From an uncultured Actinomycetes bacterium (GTDB lineage: Bacteria > Actinomycetota > Actinomycetes > Streptosporangiales > Streptosporangiaceae), in NCBI GenBank assembly GCA_963720645.1, contig CAVRFX010000021.1, forward strand, positions 221,313-285,312: a stretch of DNA of 64,000 bases. The letters are read 5' to 3'. Positions 45,029-54,431 of this stretch are shown here, one piece after another. The notes under the pieces were generated by a model. The model saw only the letters and a program-made list of their open reading frames with translations, was not told the DNA's origin and ran no database searches. A program made the translations under genes and the position numbers. Numbering within the stretch: the first letter of the stretch is position 1; every line of letters begins with the position of its first letter.

Positions 45029-45888
45029 CCGCGGGCCCAGGCACCGTCGGGGCCCGGGGCTACCGCCGCCATCACACGCTGCCCTTCCGGGTCGAGTTCG
45101 TCCGCCAGCTCCGCCGCTGGAGGACCATCGTGGCCTTCGCGGTCCTGCTCGCGCTGCCCTGGATCCTGGTCGCCGCGTTCGAGATCAGCGGACCGGCGTC
45201 GCCGGGCAACGGGACACCCGGGCTGGTCACGGTGGCCACCGAGGGCGGCCTCAACTTCGCGGCGTTCAGCCTGTTCGTGTCGGCCGGCTTCCTGCTCGTC
45301 GTGGTCGTGGCCCTGTTCTGCGGGGACACCGTGGCCAGCGAGGCCAGCTGGTCGTCGCTGCGCTACCTGCTGGCCGCGCCGGTGCCGCGGGCCCGGCTGC
45401 TGCGCCAGAAACTGGCGGTGGCGCTGGCCTACGCCAGCGTCGGGGTGATCACGCTGCCGCTGATGTCCCTGGTGGCCGGGACGGCCGCGTTCGGCTGGCA
45501 TCCGCTGCGGCTGCCGGGCACCGGGGTGCAGCTGCCGGCCGGCCAGGCGGTGGCCCGGATGCTCATCGCCGTGGGGTACGTGCTGGTCACCGAGATCGCG
45601 GTGGCCGGGATCGCGTTCCTGCTCTCGGTGTCCACCGACTCCCCGCTCGGCGCGGTCGGCGGCGCCGTGGGCCTGATGATCCTGTCCGCCATCCTCGACC
45701 AGGTCACCGCGCTCGGATCCTGGCGGGAGATCCTCCCGTCGCACTGGCAGTTCGCCTGGCTGGACGCCGTGCAACCGCAGATCACCTGGGGCGGCATGCT
45801 GGAGGGCGCCTCGGTGTGCGGGTGCTACGGGATCGTGCTCCTCGCGCTGGCGTTCCGGCGTTTCCAGCGCAAAGACATCGTGTCGTAA
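45025..45888 (+). CDS. ABC-2 type transporter permease
   Basis: Its GTG overlaps the stop of the upstream gene (GTGA). About six hydrophobic segments. Confidence 0.75.
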   Translation: MTAGPGTVGARGYRRHHTLPFRVEFVRQLRRWRTIVAFAVLLALPWILVAAFEISGPASPGNGTPGLVTVATEGGLNFAAFSLFVSAGFLLVVVVALFCGDTVASEASWSSLRYLLAAPVPRARLLRQKLAVALAYASVGVITLPLMSLVAGTAAFGWHPLRLPGTGVQLPAGQAVARMLIAVGYVLVTEIAVAGIAFLLSVSTDSPLGAVGGAVGLMILSAILDQVTALGSWREILPSHWQFAWLDAVQPQITWGGMLEGASVCGCYGIVLLALAFRRFQRKDIVS

Positions 45889-45993
45889 CTGAGATCTACC
45901 GGTCACCATGTCGTGAACCAGCCCTCCTTGTGCGGATCGTCTCCGGTGAGTTACGTTCTGCCCACCTGATCCAGGCCGGCTGGGAGGATCACC

Positions 45994-47472
45994 ATGAGCG
46001 GTACCGAATCCCTTCCCTACGGCGAGAGTAAGAGCCCGCCGGTCGGCGAGACCGGGCACGAGCACCGGCTGCACCGGGGCGCGCTCGGCATCATGGACAT
46101 CTCGGCCGCCACCATGGCCAACATCGGCCCGGCGATGAGCTTCTACTTCGGGTTCGGGTTCCTCGCCATCACGGCCGGGGTCGCCTCCCCGCTGACGATC
46201 GTGGCGGCCGGCATCGCGATCGCCCTGCTCGGCAACACGCTGGCCCAGTTCTCCCGGGCGCAGCCGTCCACCGGCGGCTTCATCACGTTCGTCGGCAAGA
46301 CCTTCGGCGGCACCAGCGCGGTCACCACCGCCTTACTCTGCGGGGTCGGCTACATCATCGCGATGGCGTCGGTCATCGCGATCTCCGGCGGCTTCCTGTC
46401 CATCACGCTGCAGCGCTACGCGCACGTGGACATCCCGTGGGGCTACCTGACCGTGATCCTCACCGCGCTGGCCGTGCTGATGATGATCCGCGGCGTGGGG
46501 CTGTCCACCAAGATCGCCGGGTTCTTCTTCGCGTTCGAGATGCTGGTCCTCGTCGTCGTCTCGGTCGCGTCCCTGATCAAGAACGGCGGCCACCTGTCCG
46601 CGGTCCCGTTCGAGCCCAGCCACATCACCAACGGGTTCTCCGGGCTCGCGGCCGGGTTCCCGCTGGCCATCTACCTGTTCATCGGCTGGGAGAACTCGGC
46701 CGCCCTGGCCGAGGAGACCGATAACCCGCGGCGCAACGTGCCCCGGGCGGTGTTCACCTCGGTGGCGATCATGGCCGTCAGCTACATCGTGTTCGCCTAC
46801 GCCACGGTCAGCGGGTTCGGCTACAACGTGACCAAGCTGGGCGCCGCGCCGATCCCGTTCATCTCGGTGGCCGACACCACCATCGGCGTGCTGGCGTTCT
46901 TCGCCTACCTGGCCGGGATGACCTCCACCCTCGGCGCGCTCATCGCGGGCACCAACTCCCAGGCCCGGCTGGTGTTCAACGCGGGCCGGGAAGGGCTGCT
47001 GCCCGGCTGGATCGGCCACGTCAACGCGGCCCGGCGCACCCCGATGAACGCCATCTTCACGTTCGTCGGGATCTCCGGGCTCATCATCGGCGGCTGGGCC
47101 TTCCTGCACCTGGTCGCGGGCACCACCGGATCGCTCGACCCGATCACGTTCTTCGCCGAGTCGTCCACGATGGGCACCATCCTGGTGCTGGTCGTGTACC
47201 TGCTGGCCAACCTGGCCCTGCCGTTCTACTACCGGAAGTTCCGGCCGCAGGAGTTCAGCCCGGTCAGGCACGCCGTCCTGCCGGGGCTGGGCGCCATCGC
47301 GATCATCGTGCCGCTCTACTACCTGGCCAAGCCGGGGCAGCCCACCCCGTACGACTGGTTCCCGTACGCGGCCCTGGTCGTCCTGGTCGTGGCGGCCATC
47401 TACGCGTACCTCCTCAATTCGCGCGATCCCGGCCTGGCGGCCCGGGTGGGCTCGATCGTGGCCGACGAATAG
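45994..47472 (+). CDS. APC-family amino acid/polyamine permease
   Basis: 492 aa with 12 TM-like segments. FIGWENSAALAEETDNPRRNVPRA. GGGAGGA SD is present. Confidence 0.9.
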   Translation: MSGTESLPYGESKSPPVGETGHEHRLHRGALGIMDISAATMANIGPAMSFYFGFGFLAITAGVASPLTIVAAGIAIALLGNTLAQFSRAQPSTGGFITFVGKTFGGTSAVTTALLCGVGYIIAMASVIAISGGFLSITLQRYAHVDIPWGYLTVILTALAVLMMIRGVGLSTKIAGFFFAFEMLVLVVVSVASLIKNGGHLSAVPFEPSHITNGFSGLAAGFPLAIYLFIGWENSAALAEETDNPRRNVPRAVFTSVAIMAVSYIVFAYATVSGFGYNVTKLGAAPIPFISVADTTIGVLAFFAYLAGMTSTLGALIAGTNSQARLVFNAGREGLLPGWIGHVNAARRTPMNAIFTFVGISGLIIGGWAFLHLVAGTTGSLDPITFFAESSTMGTILVLVVYLLANLALPFYYRKFRPQEFSPVRHAVLPGLGAIAIIVPLYYLAKPGQPTPYDWFPYAALVVLVVAAIYAYLLNSRDPGLAARVGSIVADE

Positions 47473-47518
47473 CGGCCCGGCGGCTGTCCTGACCGCCAGT
47501 TCTTCTTAGTATCGAAGG

Positions 47519-47968
47519 GTGACCAGCACCGGCCCCGAACCCCTCGCCCGGACCGCCTACGAAGCCCACCGGGCGGCCCACCCGCAGCCCCTTCCACCCT
47601 GGGAGGACATCCCCGAGCCGGACCGCCGGGCGTGGCAGGCCGCCATGTCCGCGGTCGCCAGCCCGGGCGGCGAGACGATCGGCGAGGCGACGCCCGCCCA
47701 GTCCCTGGTCATCCAGGCCGCGGGTGAGCGCCTCGTGTTCTACGGCGACTTCATGGCCGGGCGGCAGGGCCTGCTCGTCATCAGGGACGACTTCGCCTCC
47801 GGCCAGCACGCCCGCTTCAGCACGGCCCACGGCCTCTGGTACGTCGAAGACCTCGGTTCGAGGAACGGGACCTGGCTCAACGGGCGCCGCATCCACGCCT
47901 CCCAGCGGCTGAAGAAGGGCGACAAGATCAAGATCGGCCGCACCGTCGTGACCGTGATCTCCACCTAG
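47519..47968 (+). CDS. FHA domain-containing protein
   Basis: C-terminus reads GRQGLLVIRDDFASGQHARFSTAHGLWYVEDLGSRNGTWLNGRRI...GDKIKIGRTVV. Confidence 0.8.
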   Translation: MTSTGPEPLARTAYEAHRAAHPQPLPPWEDIPEPDRRAWQAAMSAVASPGGETIGEATPAQSLVIQAAGERLVFYGDFMAGRQGLLVIRDDFASGQHARFSTAHGLWYVEDLGSRNGTWLNGRRIHASQRLKKGDKIKIGRTVVTVIST

Positions 47969-47982
47969 GCCGCTCACCCGGG

Positions 47983-49260
47983 TCACCACAGTTCCACGGA
48001 CCGTTTGAAAATGCGGCCCAGGTCATCGCCGGTCACCGGCCGGGGGCAGGAGGCCAGCAGCCGCTGCTGCGTCAGCGTCCCCTCGACCAGCGCCGGGATG
48101 TCGCCGGGCGCGTAGCCGACCGCGCCGATCCCGTTCGGGATCCCGATGTCGCGCATCAGGCTGGTGAGCACCCGGGGCAGGAACTCGGCGTCGTCCGCCG
48201 GCCGGTCCGCCTCCGGGGCCAGCAGCCGGGCGGCGCGCAGGTGCCGCTCCGGGGCGGCGCCGAACGTGAACCGGAACGCTTCCGGCGCGGTCAGCGCGAC
48301 CGACATGCCGTGCGGCACCATGGCCTCGGCCGCCGGGTAATCCCGGGGATGGAAGCCCTTCACCCGGCCCGCGATCGGGTAGGCGCAGGCGTGCGGGATG
48401 TGCACCCCCGCGTTGCCGAACCCCATCCCGGCGAACGTGGCCGCCATCGCCATGTCCGTCCGGGCCTGCTGGTCGCCCCCGTCGCGGACCGCGCGCCGGA
48501 ACGAGGTGGCGAGCAGGCCCAGGGCCCTCTCCGACCACATGTCGGAGACCGGGTTCGCGCCGCAGTAGGGCACCCGCTGCTCCGGGGACTTGCGCGGCAC
48601 GCTGGTGTACCAGCGCGCGGTGTAGCTCTCCAGCGCGTGGCACAGGATGTCCATCCCCGACGAGGCGGTCACCCCGGCGGGCTGGGTGAGCGTGAGCAGC
48701 GGGTCGACGACGGCCAGCGACGGCCGCAGCCGGGCGTGGCTGATCCCGGTCTTCACCTGGAGCGAGAGCACGTCGAGCACGCAGACCGTGGTGCTCTCCG
48801 ACCCGGTTCCGGTGGTGGTGGGCACCGCGACCAGCGGCTTGAGCGGGTGGACCGGCGCGCGGGCCTGGCCGACCGGGGCGTTGATGTAGTCCATCAGGCC
48901 GCCCGGGTTGGTCAGCAGCAGGTTGATGGCCTTGGCGGTGTCGATGCTCGACCCGCCGCCGACCGCGACGAACGCGTCCCACGGGCCGTCCGCCCGGGCC
49001 TGCCCGATCGCGGCGTCCATGCTCTCGTCGGTCGGCTCCACGTGCACGCCGTCGAACACCGCGGCCTCGATGCCGAACCGGGCCATCTGGTCCGCGACCC
49101 GCTGCGGGATGCCGGTCGCGGCGACCCCCGGGTCGGTGATGACCAGGGCCCGCCGCACCCCGAACTGGCTCAGGTCGAAGCCGATCTCGTCCGAGGCGCC
49201 GGGACCGAACTTGAGCTGCGGCGCGCCGTACGTGAAGATCGTCTCCGGGGTCATGCGCAC
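47983..49260 (-). CDS. iron-containing (group III) alcohol dehydrogenase / hydroxyacid-oxoacid transhydrogenase-like
   Basis: VAVGGGSSIDTAKAINLL ... His-rich metal site HALESY...GVHIPHACAYP. GGAGG lies 6 nt before GTG 49260. Confidence 0.9.
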   Translation of the reverse strand: MRMTPETIFTYGAPQLKFGPGASDEIGFDLSQFGVRRALVITDPGVAATGIPQRVADQMARFGIEAAVFDGVHVEPTDESMDAAIGQARADGPWDAFVAVGGGSSIDTAKAINLLLTNPGGLMDYINAPVGQARAPVHPLKPLVAVPTTTGTGSESTTVCVLDVLSLQVKTGISHARLRPSLAVVDPLLTLTQPAGVTASSGMDILCHALESYTARWYTSVPRKSPEQRVPYCGANPVSDMWSERALGLLATSFRRAVRDGGDQQARTDMAMAATFAGMGFGNAGVHIPHACAYPIAGRVKGFHPRDYPAAEAMVPHGMSVALTAPEAFRFTFGAAPERHLRAARLLAPEADRPADDAEFLPRVLTSLMRDIGIPNGIGAVGYAPGDIPALVEGTLTQQRLLASCPRPVTGDDLGRIFKRSVELW

Positions 49261-49353
49261 GGGATACCTCCACAGGCGTCGGCGAAGCTCATGGACCCAG
49301 TGTCCGGCACGCCCCGCGGATTTCCCGGGCCGGCCGGCCCGGATAGGCCGGAT

Positions 49354-49387
49354 GGATTAACCGCAATGGATTAGCCGGGATTAATCC
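49354..49387. promoter_or_regulatory. three GGATTA repeats, the last forming the perfect palindrome GGATTAATCC, upstream of the polysaccharide cluster
   Basis: GGATTA at 49354, 49368 and 49378, in a locally AT-rich intergenic region. Confidence 0.35.
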
Positions 49388-49521
49388 GTGCCACCCCCAG
49401 ATGGGGTACGTAAAACCGGCCGAAGAAAGGAGTTACCTCAAATTCCCCGCCCATAACCTGCAGGAGCACGGGGCTGCCTGACCTGCGGGCGGCCCCCGGT
49501 GGGGGCCATGGGGGGTAACTG

Positions 49522-50307
49522 ATGACGCAGGTGATTAATGACGGCCTGATCCGGGGGAACAATACAGCGGGCGCAGGCATGCCGCTGGTGCTCATGTACC
49601 ACTCGATCGAGCCGTACCAGGCTGACCCGTACCTGGTGACGGTGAGCCCGCCGCGGTTCGCGCAGCAGATGCGCTGGCTGGCCCGGCGCGGGCTGCGCGG
49701 GGTGTCCATCCGGGACCTGCTCGCCGCGCGCGCAGCGGGCGGCGGGAAAGGCCTGGTCGGGCTGACCTTCGACGACGGGTACGCCGATTTCGCCCGGCAC
49801 GCGCTGCCGGTGCTGCGCCAGCATGGCTTCGGTGCGACCGTGTTCGTCATCGCCGGCCGGCTCGGCGGCGACAACGCGTGGGACCCGGAAGGGCCGCGTA
49901 AGCGGCTGATGGACGCTCCCGAGGTGTGGGCGCTGGCCCAGGCCGGCATCGAGATCGGCTCGCACGGGCTGCGCCATGTCCGGCTGCCCGGCGCCGGGGA
50001 CGCGCTGGCCGAGGAGGTCGGCAGCAGCCGCCGCATCCTGCAGGAGATCACCGGCAAGCCGGTCGGCGGGTTCTGCTATCCCTACGGCGACCTCGACGCC
50101 GGCGCGGTGGCCCGGGTCCGGGACACCGGTTACGACTACGGCTGCGCCATCTGGCCGTCGGCCTGCACCGGCCGGCACGCGCTGCCGCGGACCTACATCG
50201 GGGAGGCGGACACCGCGCCGCGCCTGTGGGCCAAGACGGCCCGGCACCGGCTGACCTGGCAGCGCCGGCTGGCGCCGGTGCTAGCCCGGGCGGCCCGCGC
50301 CGCCTGA
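49522..50307 (+). CDS. polysaccharide deacetylase (NodB/CE4) family protein
   Basis: LMYHSI...LTFDDGYADF...TVFVIAG...IGSHGLRH...FCYPYG. Confidence 0.85.
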   Translation: MTQVINDGLIRGNNTAGAGMPLVLMYHSIEPYQADPYLVTVSPPRFAQQMRWLARRGLRGVSIRDLLAARAAGGGKGLVGLTFDDGYADFARHALPVLRQHGFGATVFVIAGRLGGDNAWDPEGPRKRLMDAPEVWALAQAGIEIGSHGLRHVRLPGAGDALAEEVGSSRRILQEITGKPVGGFCYPYGDLDAGAVARVRDTGYDYGCAIWPSACTGRHALPRTYIGEADTAPRLWAKTARHRLTWQRRLAPVLARAARAA

Positions 50308-50413
50308 ATTTCCGTCACTCAGCGTAGGCCGGCTACCCCTCTTAGGTGACCCACAGGGGTGAGTCCGGTGCCACAGTCGGACCATCAGACGGCGGAATCA
50401 CCCGGGGGGCATA

Positions 50414-51763
50414 GTGGCCGAGCATCACCTTTCGCTCGCGGTCAATGGACGGGAGAGCCAGCTGCACACCAGGCTGGTGACCTTCGAAACGGCGCGGTCC
50501 GCGATTACCACGGGGTCGGTCGCCATTGTCGGCCTGGGGTACGTCGGGCTGCCGACCGCGGTGGAGTTGCACGGCAAGAGCCCGCGGATCATCGGGATCG
50601 ACGTCAGCGAACGGCGGCTGCGGGACATCGCCTCCCGGCAGGCCGACCTGACCGGCGCGGACCAGGAGCGCCTCGCCGCGGCCCTGGCCGACGGGAGCCT
50701 CGAGCTCACCACCGACCCGGCCGCGGCCGCGGCCGCCGAGGCGGTCATCATCTGCGTGCCGACCCCGGTGGACGCCGCCCTGGCCCCGGACCTGAGCGCG
50801 CTGCAGGCCGCATGCGCCACCGTGGTCCGGCATGCGGTACCGGGGCAGGTCATCATCCTGACCTCGACCAGCTACGTCGGCACCACCCGGGAGCTGCTCA
50901 CCGAGCCGCTGCGGCAGCGGGGGCTGGAGGCCGGCCCGGACATCAGCGTGGCGTTCAGCCCGGAGCGGATCGACCCGGGCAACTCGGCGCACCTGCAGAG
51001 CGAGACCCCGCGGGTGGTCGGCGGGGCCACCGAGGACTGCACCATGCGGGCCGCCGAGATCATCGGCCGGCTCACCGACTCGGTGTACCTGGTCAGCTCG
51101 ACCGACGCCGCCGAGGCCACCAAGCTCTACGAGAACATCTTCCGCGCCGTGTCCCTGGCCCTGGCCAACGAGTTCGCCGACGCGTGCGGCGCGCTGGGCC
51201 TGGACCCGATCGAGGTCACCCTGGCCGCGGGCACCAAGCCGTACGGATTCCTGGGCGTGTTCCCCGGGCCGGGCGTGGGCGGGCACTGCATTCCGTGTGA
51301 CCCGCACTACCTGCTCTGGCAGCTGAACGCGCAGGATCACGCCTCGCCGCTGATCGAGCAGGCCATGAAGTCGATCGCGACGCGCCCGGAACGGGTGGTC
51401 GAGCGGGCCGGCCAGGTGATCACGGCCGCGGGCAGGCCGCTGGCCGGCGCGCGGGTGGTCGTGATCGGGGTCAGCTACAAGGCGGGCGTCCGGGACCTGC
51501 GCGAGTCCCCGGCCCTGCCCATCATCGAGGGGCTGATCCGGGAGCACGCCGAGGTCTCCTACTACGACCCGCTGATCCCGGTGCTCGACCGGCCGGATGG
51601 CAGCCAGATGCGCAGCGTGGCCGCCCCCCGGGGGCCGGACTTCGACCTGGCCGTGGTGCACACGCTGCACCCCGGGCTGGACTACGCCTGGGCCCACGAC
51701 GTCCCGGTCGTGCTCGACGCCACCTACCAGTTCTCCAGCGCGGCGCACCGCGTGGTGGTGTGA
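50414..51763 (+). CDS. nucleotide-sugar dehydrogenase (UDP-glucose/UDP-ManNAc dehydrogenase family)
   Basis: VAIVGLGYVGLPTAVEL...FSPERIDPGN...GGHCIPCDPHYL...GVSYKAGVRDLRESPAL. The start is uncertain. Confidence 0.9.
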   Translation: MAEHHLSLAVNGRESQLHTRLVTFETARSAITTGSVAIVGLGYVGLPTAVELHGKSPRIIGIDVSERRLRDIASRQADLTGADQERLAAALADGSLELTTDPAAAAAAEAVIICVPTPVDAALAPDLSALQAACATVVRHAVPGQVIILTSTSYVGTTRELLTEPLRQRGLEAGPDISVAFSPERIDPGNSAHLQSETPRVVGGATEDCTMRAAEIIGRLTDSVYLVSSTDAAEATKLYENIFRAVSLALANEFADACGALGLDPIEVTLAAGTKPYGFLGVFPGPGVGGHCIPCDPHYLLWQLNAQDHASPLIEQAMKSIATRPERVVERAGQVITAAGRPLAGARVVVIGVSYKAGVRDLRESPALPIIEGLIREHAEVSYYDPLIPVLDRPDGSQMRSVAAPRGPDFDLAVVHTLHPGLDYAWAHDVPVVLDATYQFSSAAHRVVV

Positions 51764-51773
51764 GGACCACGCC

Positions 51774-53114
51774 ATGATCACCGACCTGCGGGCGGCGGAC
51801 TGGAGTACCCCGGCGGTGGTACTCAAGTTCGACCAGAACATGCTGCACCACGGCAGCCTGGGCGTGATCCGCAGCCTGGGGCGGCTGGGCGTGCCGGTCT
51901 ACGGCGTGCACGAGGGGCCCTGGGCTCCCGCCGCGAGTTCCCGCTACCTGTCCGGCCGCTTCTTCTGGCAGCCACGTCCCGATGATCCGCAACGGACCCT
52001 ATCGGGGCTGCTCAGCCTGGCCAGCCGGATCGGCCGCCGGGCGGTGCTGTACGCGACGGACGACGCGGGCGCGATCTTCCTGGCCGAGCACGGGGACACG
52101 CTGCGGGACGCGTTCGCGTTCCCGCGGCCCCCCGCTGACCTGCCCCGCGCGCTGGCCGGCAAGTACTCGATGTTCCAGCTCTGCCGGGACCTGGGGGTGC
52201 CCACCCCGCGGGCCATGCTGGCCTGGTCACCGGGGGAGGCCGCGGAGTTCGCCGGCCAGGCCGGCTTCCCGCTCATCGCCAAGCTCACCACGCCCTGGCG
52301 GGGCGCGGGGCACGCGGGCCAGCGGCTGCGCAGTACCACGATCATCCGGACCGCAGCGGAACTGCGGGAGGTATGTGCCCGGGCTGAGGAGACGAGCACG
52401 GGGCTCATGCTCCAGGAGTACATCCCGCCGGCTCCCGGCCAGGACTGGTTCTTCCACGGCTACATCGACTCCGCCGGCCGCTGCGCGCCCTCGTTCACCG
52501 GGGTCAAGGACCGCTCCTACCCGGCCTACGCCGGGCTGACGACGCTGGGCCGGGCCGTGCCGAACAGCCGGGTCACGGAGCAGGTCACCGCGATGGCCGC
52601 CGCGATCGGCTTCCGCGGGATCGTCAACCTCGACCTGCGCTTCGACCCGCGGGACGCGCAGTACAAGCTGCTCGACTTCAACCCGCGGCTCGGCGCCCAG
52701 TTCCGCCTGTTCACCACGGGCACCGGCGTCAACGTGGCCCGGGCCGCGTACCTGGACCTTACCGGCCAGCCGGCCGCGGCCGGGGAGATGACCCGGGACC
52801 GGCGGTTCCTGGTCGAGAACTACGACCCGCTCGGCGCGGCCGGCTACTGGCGCCGGGGTGAGCTCGGGCTGCGGGCCTGGGCGGCGTCGCTGCGCCGGGC
52901 GGACGAGCTCGCCTGGCTGGCCCGTGACGACCTCCGGCCGTTCGGCCTGATGTGCGCGCGGATGGCCTGGCGCGCGGTCAGCCGCGGCGCCGGCGGCACC
53001 CAGACCCGGGGTCCGTCCGTGCTGCTGCGCGCCGCGGACGGGCCCCGTTACCGTCCCGGGCCGCGGGCCACGCGGGCCGCCGGGGAAACCGCGAAGTTCA
53101 GCGCACCTGATTAG
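51774..53114 (+). CDS. ATP-grasp domain protein (carboxylate-amine ligase-like, COG3919 type)
   Basis: FPLIAKL...LMLQEYIP...IVNLDLRFDPRDAQYKLLDFNPRLG. ATG 51774 lies 11 nt after the upstream stop. Confidence 0.75.
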   Translation: MITDLRAADWSTPAVVLKFDQNMLHHGSLGVIRSLGRLGVPVYGVHEGPWAPAASSRYLSGRFFWQPRPDDPQRTLSGLLSLASRIGRRAVLYATDDAGAIFLAEHGDTLRDAFAFPRPPADLPRALAGKYSMFQLCRDLGVPTPRAMLAWSPGEAAEFAGQAGFPLIAKLTTPWRGAGHAGQRLRSTTIIRTAAELREVCARAEETSTGLMLQEYIPPAPGQDWFFHGYIDSAGRCAPSFTGVKDRSYPAYAGLTTLGRAVPNSRVTEQVTAMAAAIGFRGIVNLDLRFDPRDAQYKLLDFNPRLGAQFRLFTTGTGVNVARAAYLDLTGQPAAAGEMTRDRRFLVENYDPLGAAGYWRRGELGLRAWAASLRRADELAWLARDDLRPFGLMCARMAWRAVSRGAGGTQTRGPSVLLRAADGPRYRPGPRATRAAGETAKFSAPD

Positions 53115-53120
53115 ATTCCA

Positions 53121-53185
53121 CGCACGGCATCTCAACGCACGGCATCTCAACGCACAGCATCTCAACGCACAGCATCTCAACGCAC
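53121..53185. repeat. tandem repeat, 15 bp x4.3 (CGCACRGCATCTCAA) in the ATP-grasp/FMO intergenic spacer
   Basis: Read directly: two copies with G and then two with A at position 6, followed by the partial copy CGCAC. Confidence 0.95.
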
Positions 53186-53198
53186 GGGGGAGAAACGT

Positions 53199-54431
53199 AT
53201 GAACGGCACCACCGATGTGGCCATCGTGGGGGCGGGCCCTTACGGGCTGTCGGTCGCGGCGCACCTGCGCCGGTCCGGGCTGAGCGTCCGGCAGTTCGGC
53301 CTGCCGATGCACCTGTGGCGGGCGTGCATGCCCCAGGGCATGTTCCTGAAGTCCCAGGGGTTCGCCTCCAACCTGTCCGATCCGGCCGGCCAGCTGACCC
53401 TGGCCGCGTTCTGCCGGGCGACCGGGCGCCCCTACGCGGACTACGGCCTGCCCGTGCCGCTGGACACGTTCGTCGCCTACGGCCAGTGGTTCCAGTCGGC
53501 CGCCGACCTGGACGTCGAGGAAATCCTGGTCACCGGGGTGTCACCGGCGGGGAACGGCTACGAGCTCACGCTCGGGGACGGGGAGACGCTCCGGGCCCGC
53601 CAGGTGGTCGTGGCCGTCGGGGTGGAGCACTTCGCGTACCTGCCCCGCGAACTGGCCGGTCTGCCCGCCACCGCCTGCACGCACAGTTCGGCCCACACCG
53701 ACCTGGCGGCCTTCGCCGGCCAGCGGGTCGTCGTGGTCGGGGCCGGGCAGTCCGCCCTCGAGTCTGCGGCGCTGCTGCACGAGCACGGGGCCCAGGTCCA
53801 GATCGTGATGCGCGAGCAGAAGGTGGTCTGGAACGGCGCGCCGCTGGCGCCGGACCGGCCGCTGCTGCAGCGGCTCCGCGAGCCCGAGGCCGGCCTGGGG
53901 TCGGGCTGGGGCACCTGGTTCTACTCCACCCAGCCGGGGGTGTTCCGGCATCTGCCCGAGAGCAGCCGGGTGTACCGGGCCCGGACCAAGCTCGGGCCCG
54001 CCGGGGCCAGCTGGCTGCGCGGCCGGGTCGAGGGTGAGTTCCCGGTCCTGACCGGCCTCGCGCTGGAGTGGGCGGCGTCCGGGTCCGACGGGGTCCGGCT
54101 CGGCCTGGTCCGCGGCGCGGGTGACCGCACGGAGGTGGCCGCCGATCACGTCATCGCGGCCACCGGGTACCGGCCGGACCTGGGCCGCCTGACGTTCCTG
54201 GATGAGGAGCTGCGGGGCCGGCTGCGGACCGTGGCCAGCACCCCCGCAGTGAACCGTGACTACCAGACCAGCGCACCCGGGCTCTACATGGTCGGCCCGG
54301 GAGTGGCGCCCACGTTCGGCCCGGTCATGCGCTTCGTGTACGGCGCGGACCACGCGGCCCGGACGGTGGGCCGGCGGCTGGCCGGCTCGTCGGCTCGCCG
54401 GGCCACCGTGGCCGTGGGAGCCGGCCAGTGA
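53199..54431 (+). CDS. FAD/NAD(P)-binding oxidoreductase, flavin-containing monooxygenase-like
   Basis: Two dinucleotide motifs, VAIVGAGPYG and VVVVGAGQSALE, plus an ATGY.PD motif. GGGGGAGAA SD is present. Confidence 0.8.
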   Translation: MNGTTDVAIVGAGPYGLSVAAHLRRSGLSVRQFGLPMHLWRACMPQGMFLKSQGFASNLSDPAGQLTLAAFCRATGRPYADYGLPVPLDTFVAYGQWFQSAADLDVEEILVTGVSPAGNGYELTLGDGETLRARQVVVAVGVEHFAYLPRELAGLPATACTHSSAHTDLAAFAGQRVVVVGAGQSALESAALLHEHGAQVQIVMREQKVVWNGAPLAPDRPLLQRLREPEAGLGSGWGTWFYSTQPGVFRHLPESSRVYRARTKLGPAGASWLRGRVEGEFPVLTGLALEWAASGSDGVRLGLVRGAGDRTEVAADHVIAATGYRPDLGRLTFLDEELRGRLRTVASTPAVNRDYQTSAPGLYMVGPGVAPTFGPVMRFVYGADHAARTVGRRLAGSSARRATVAVGAGQ

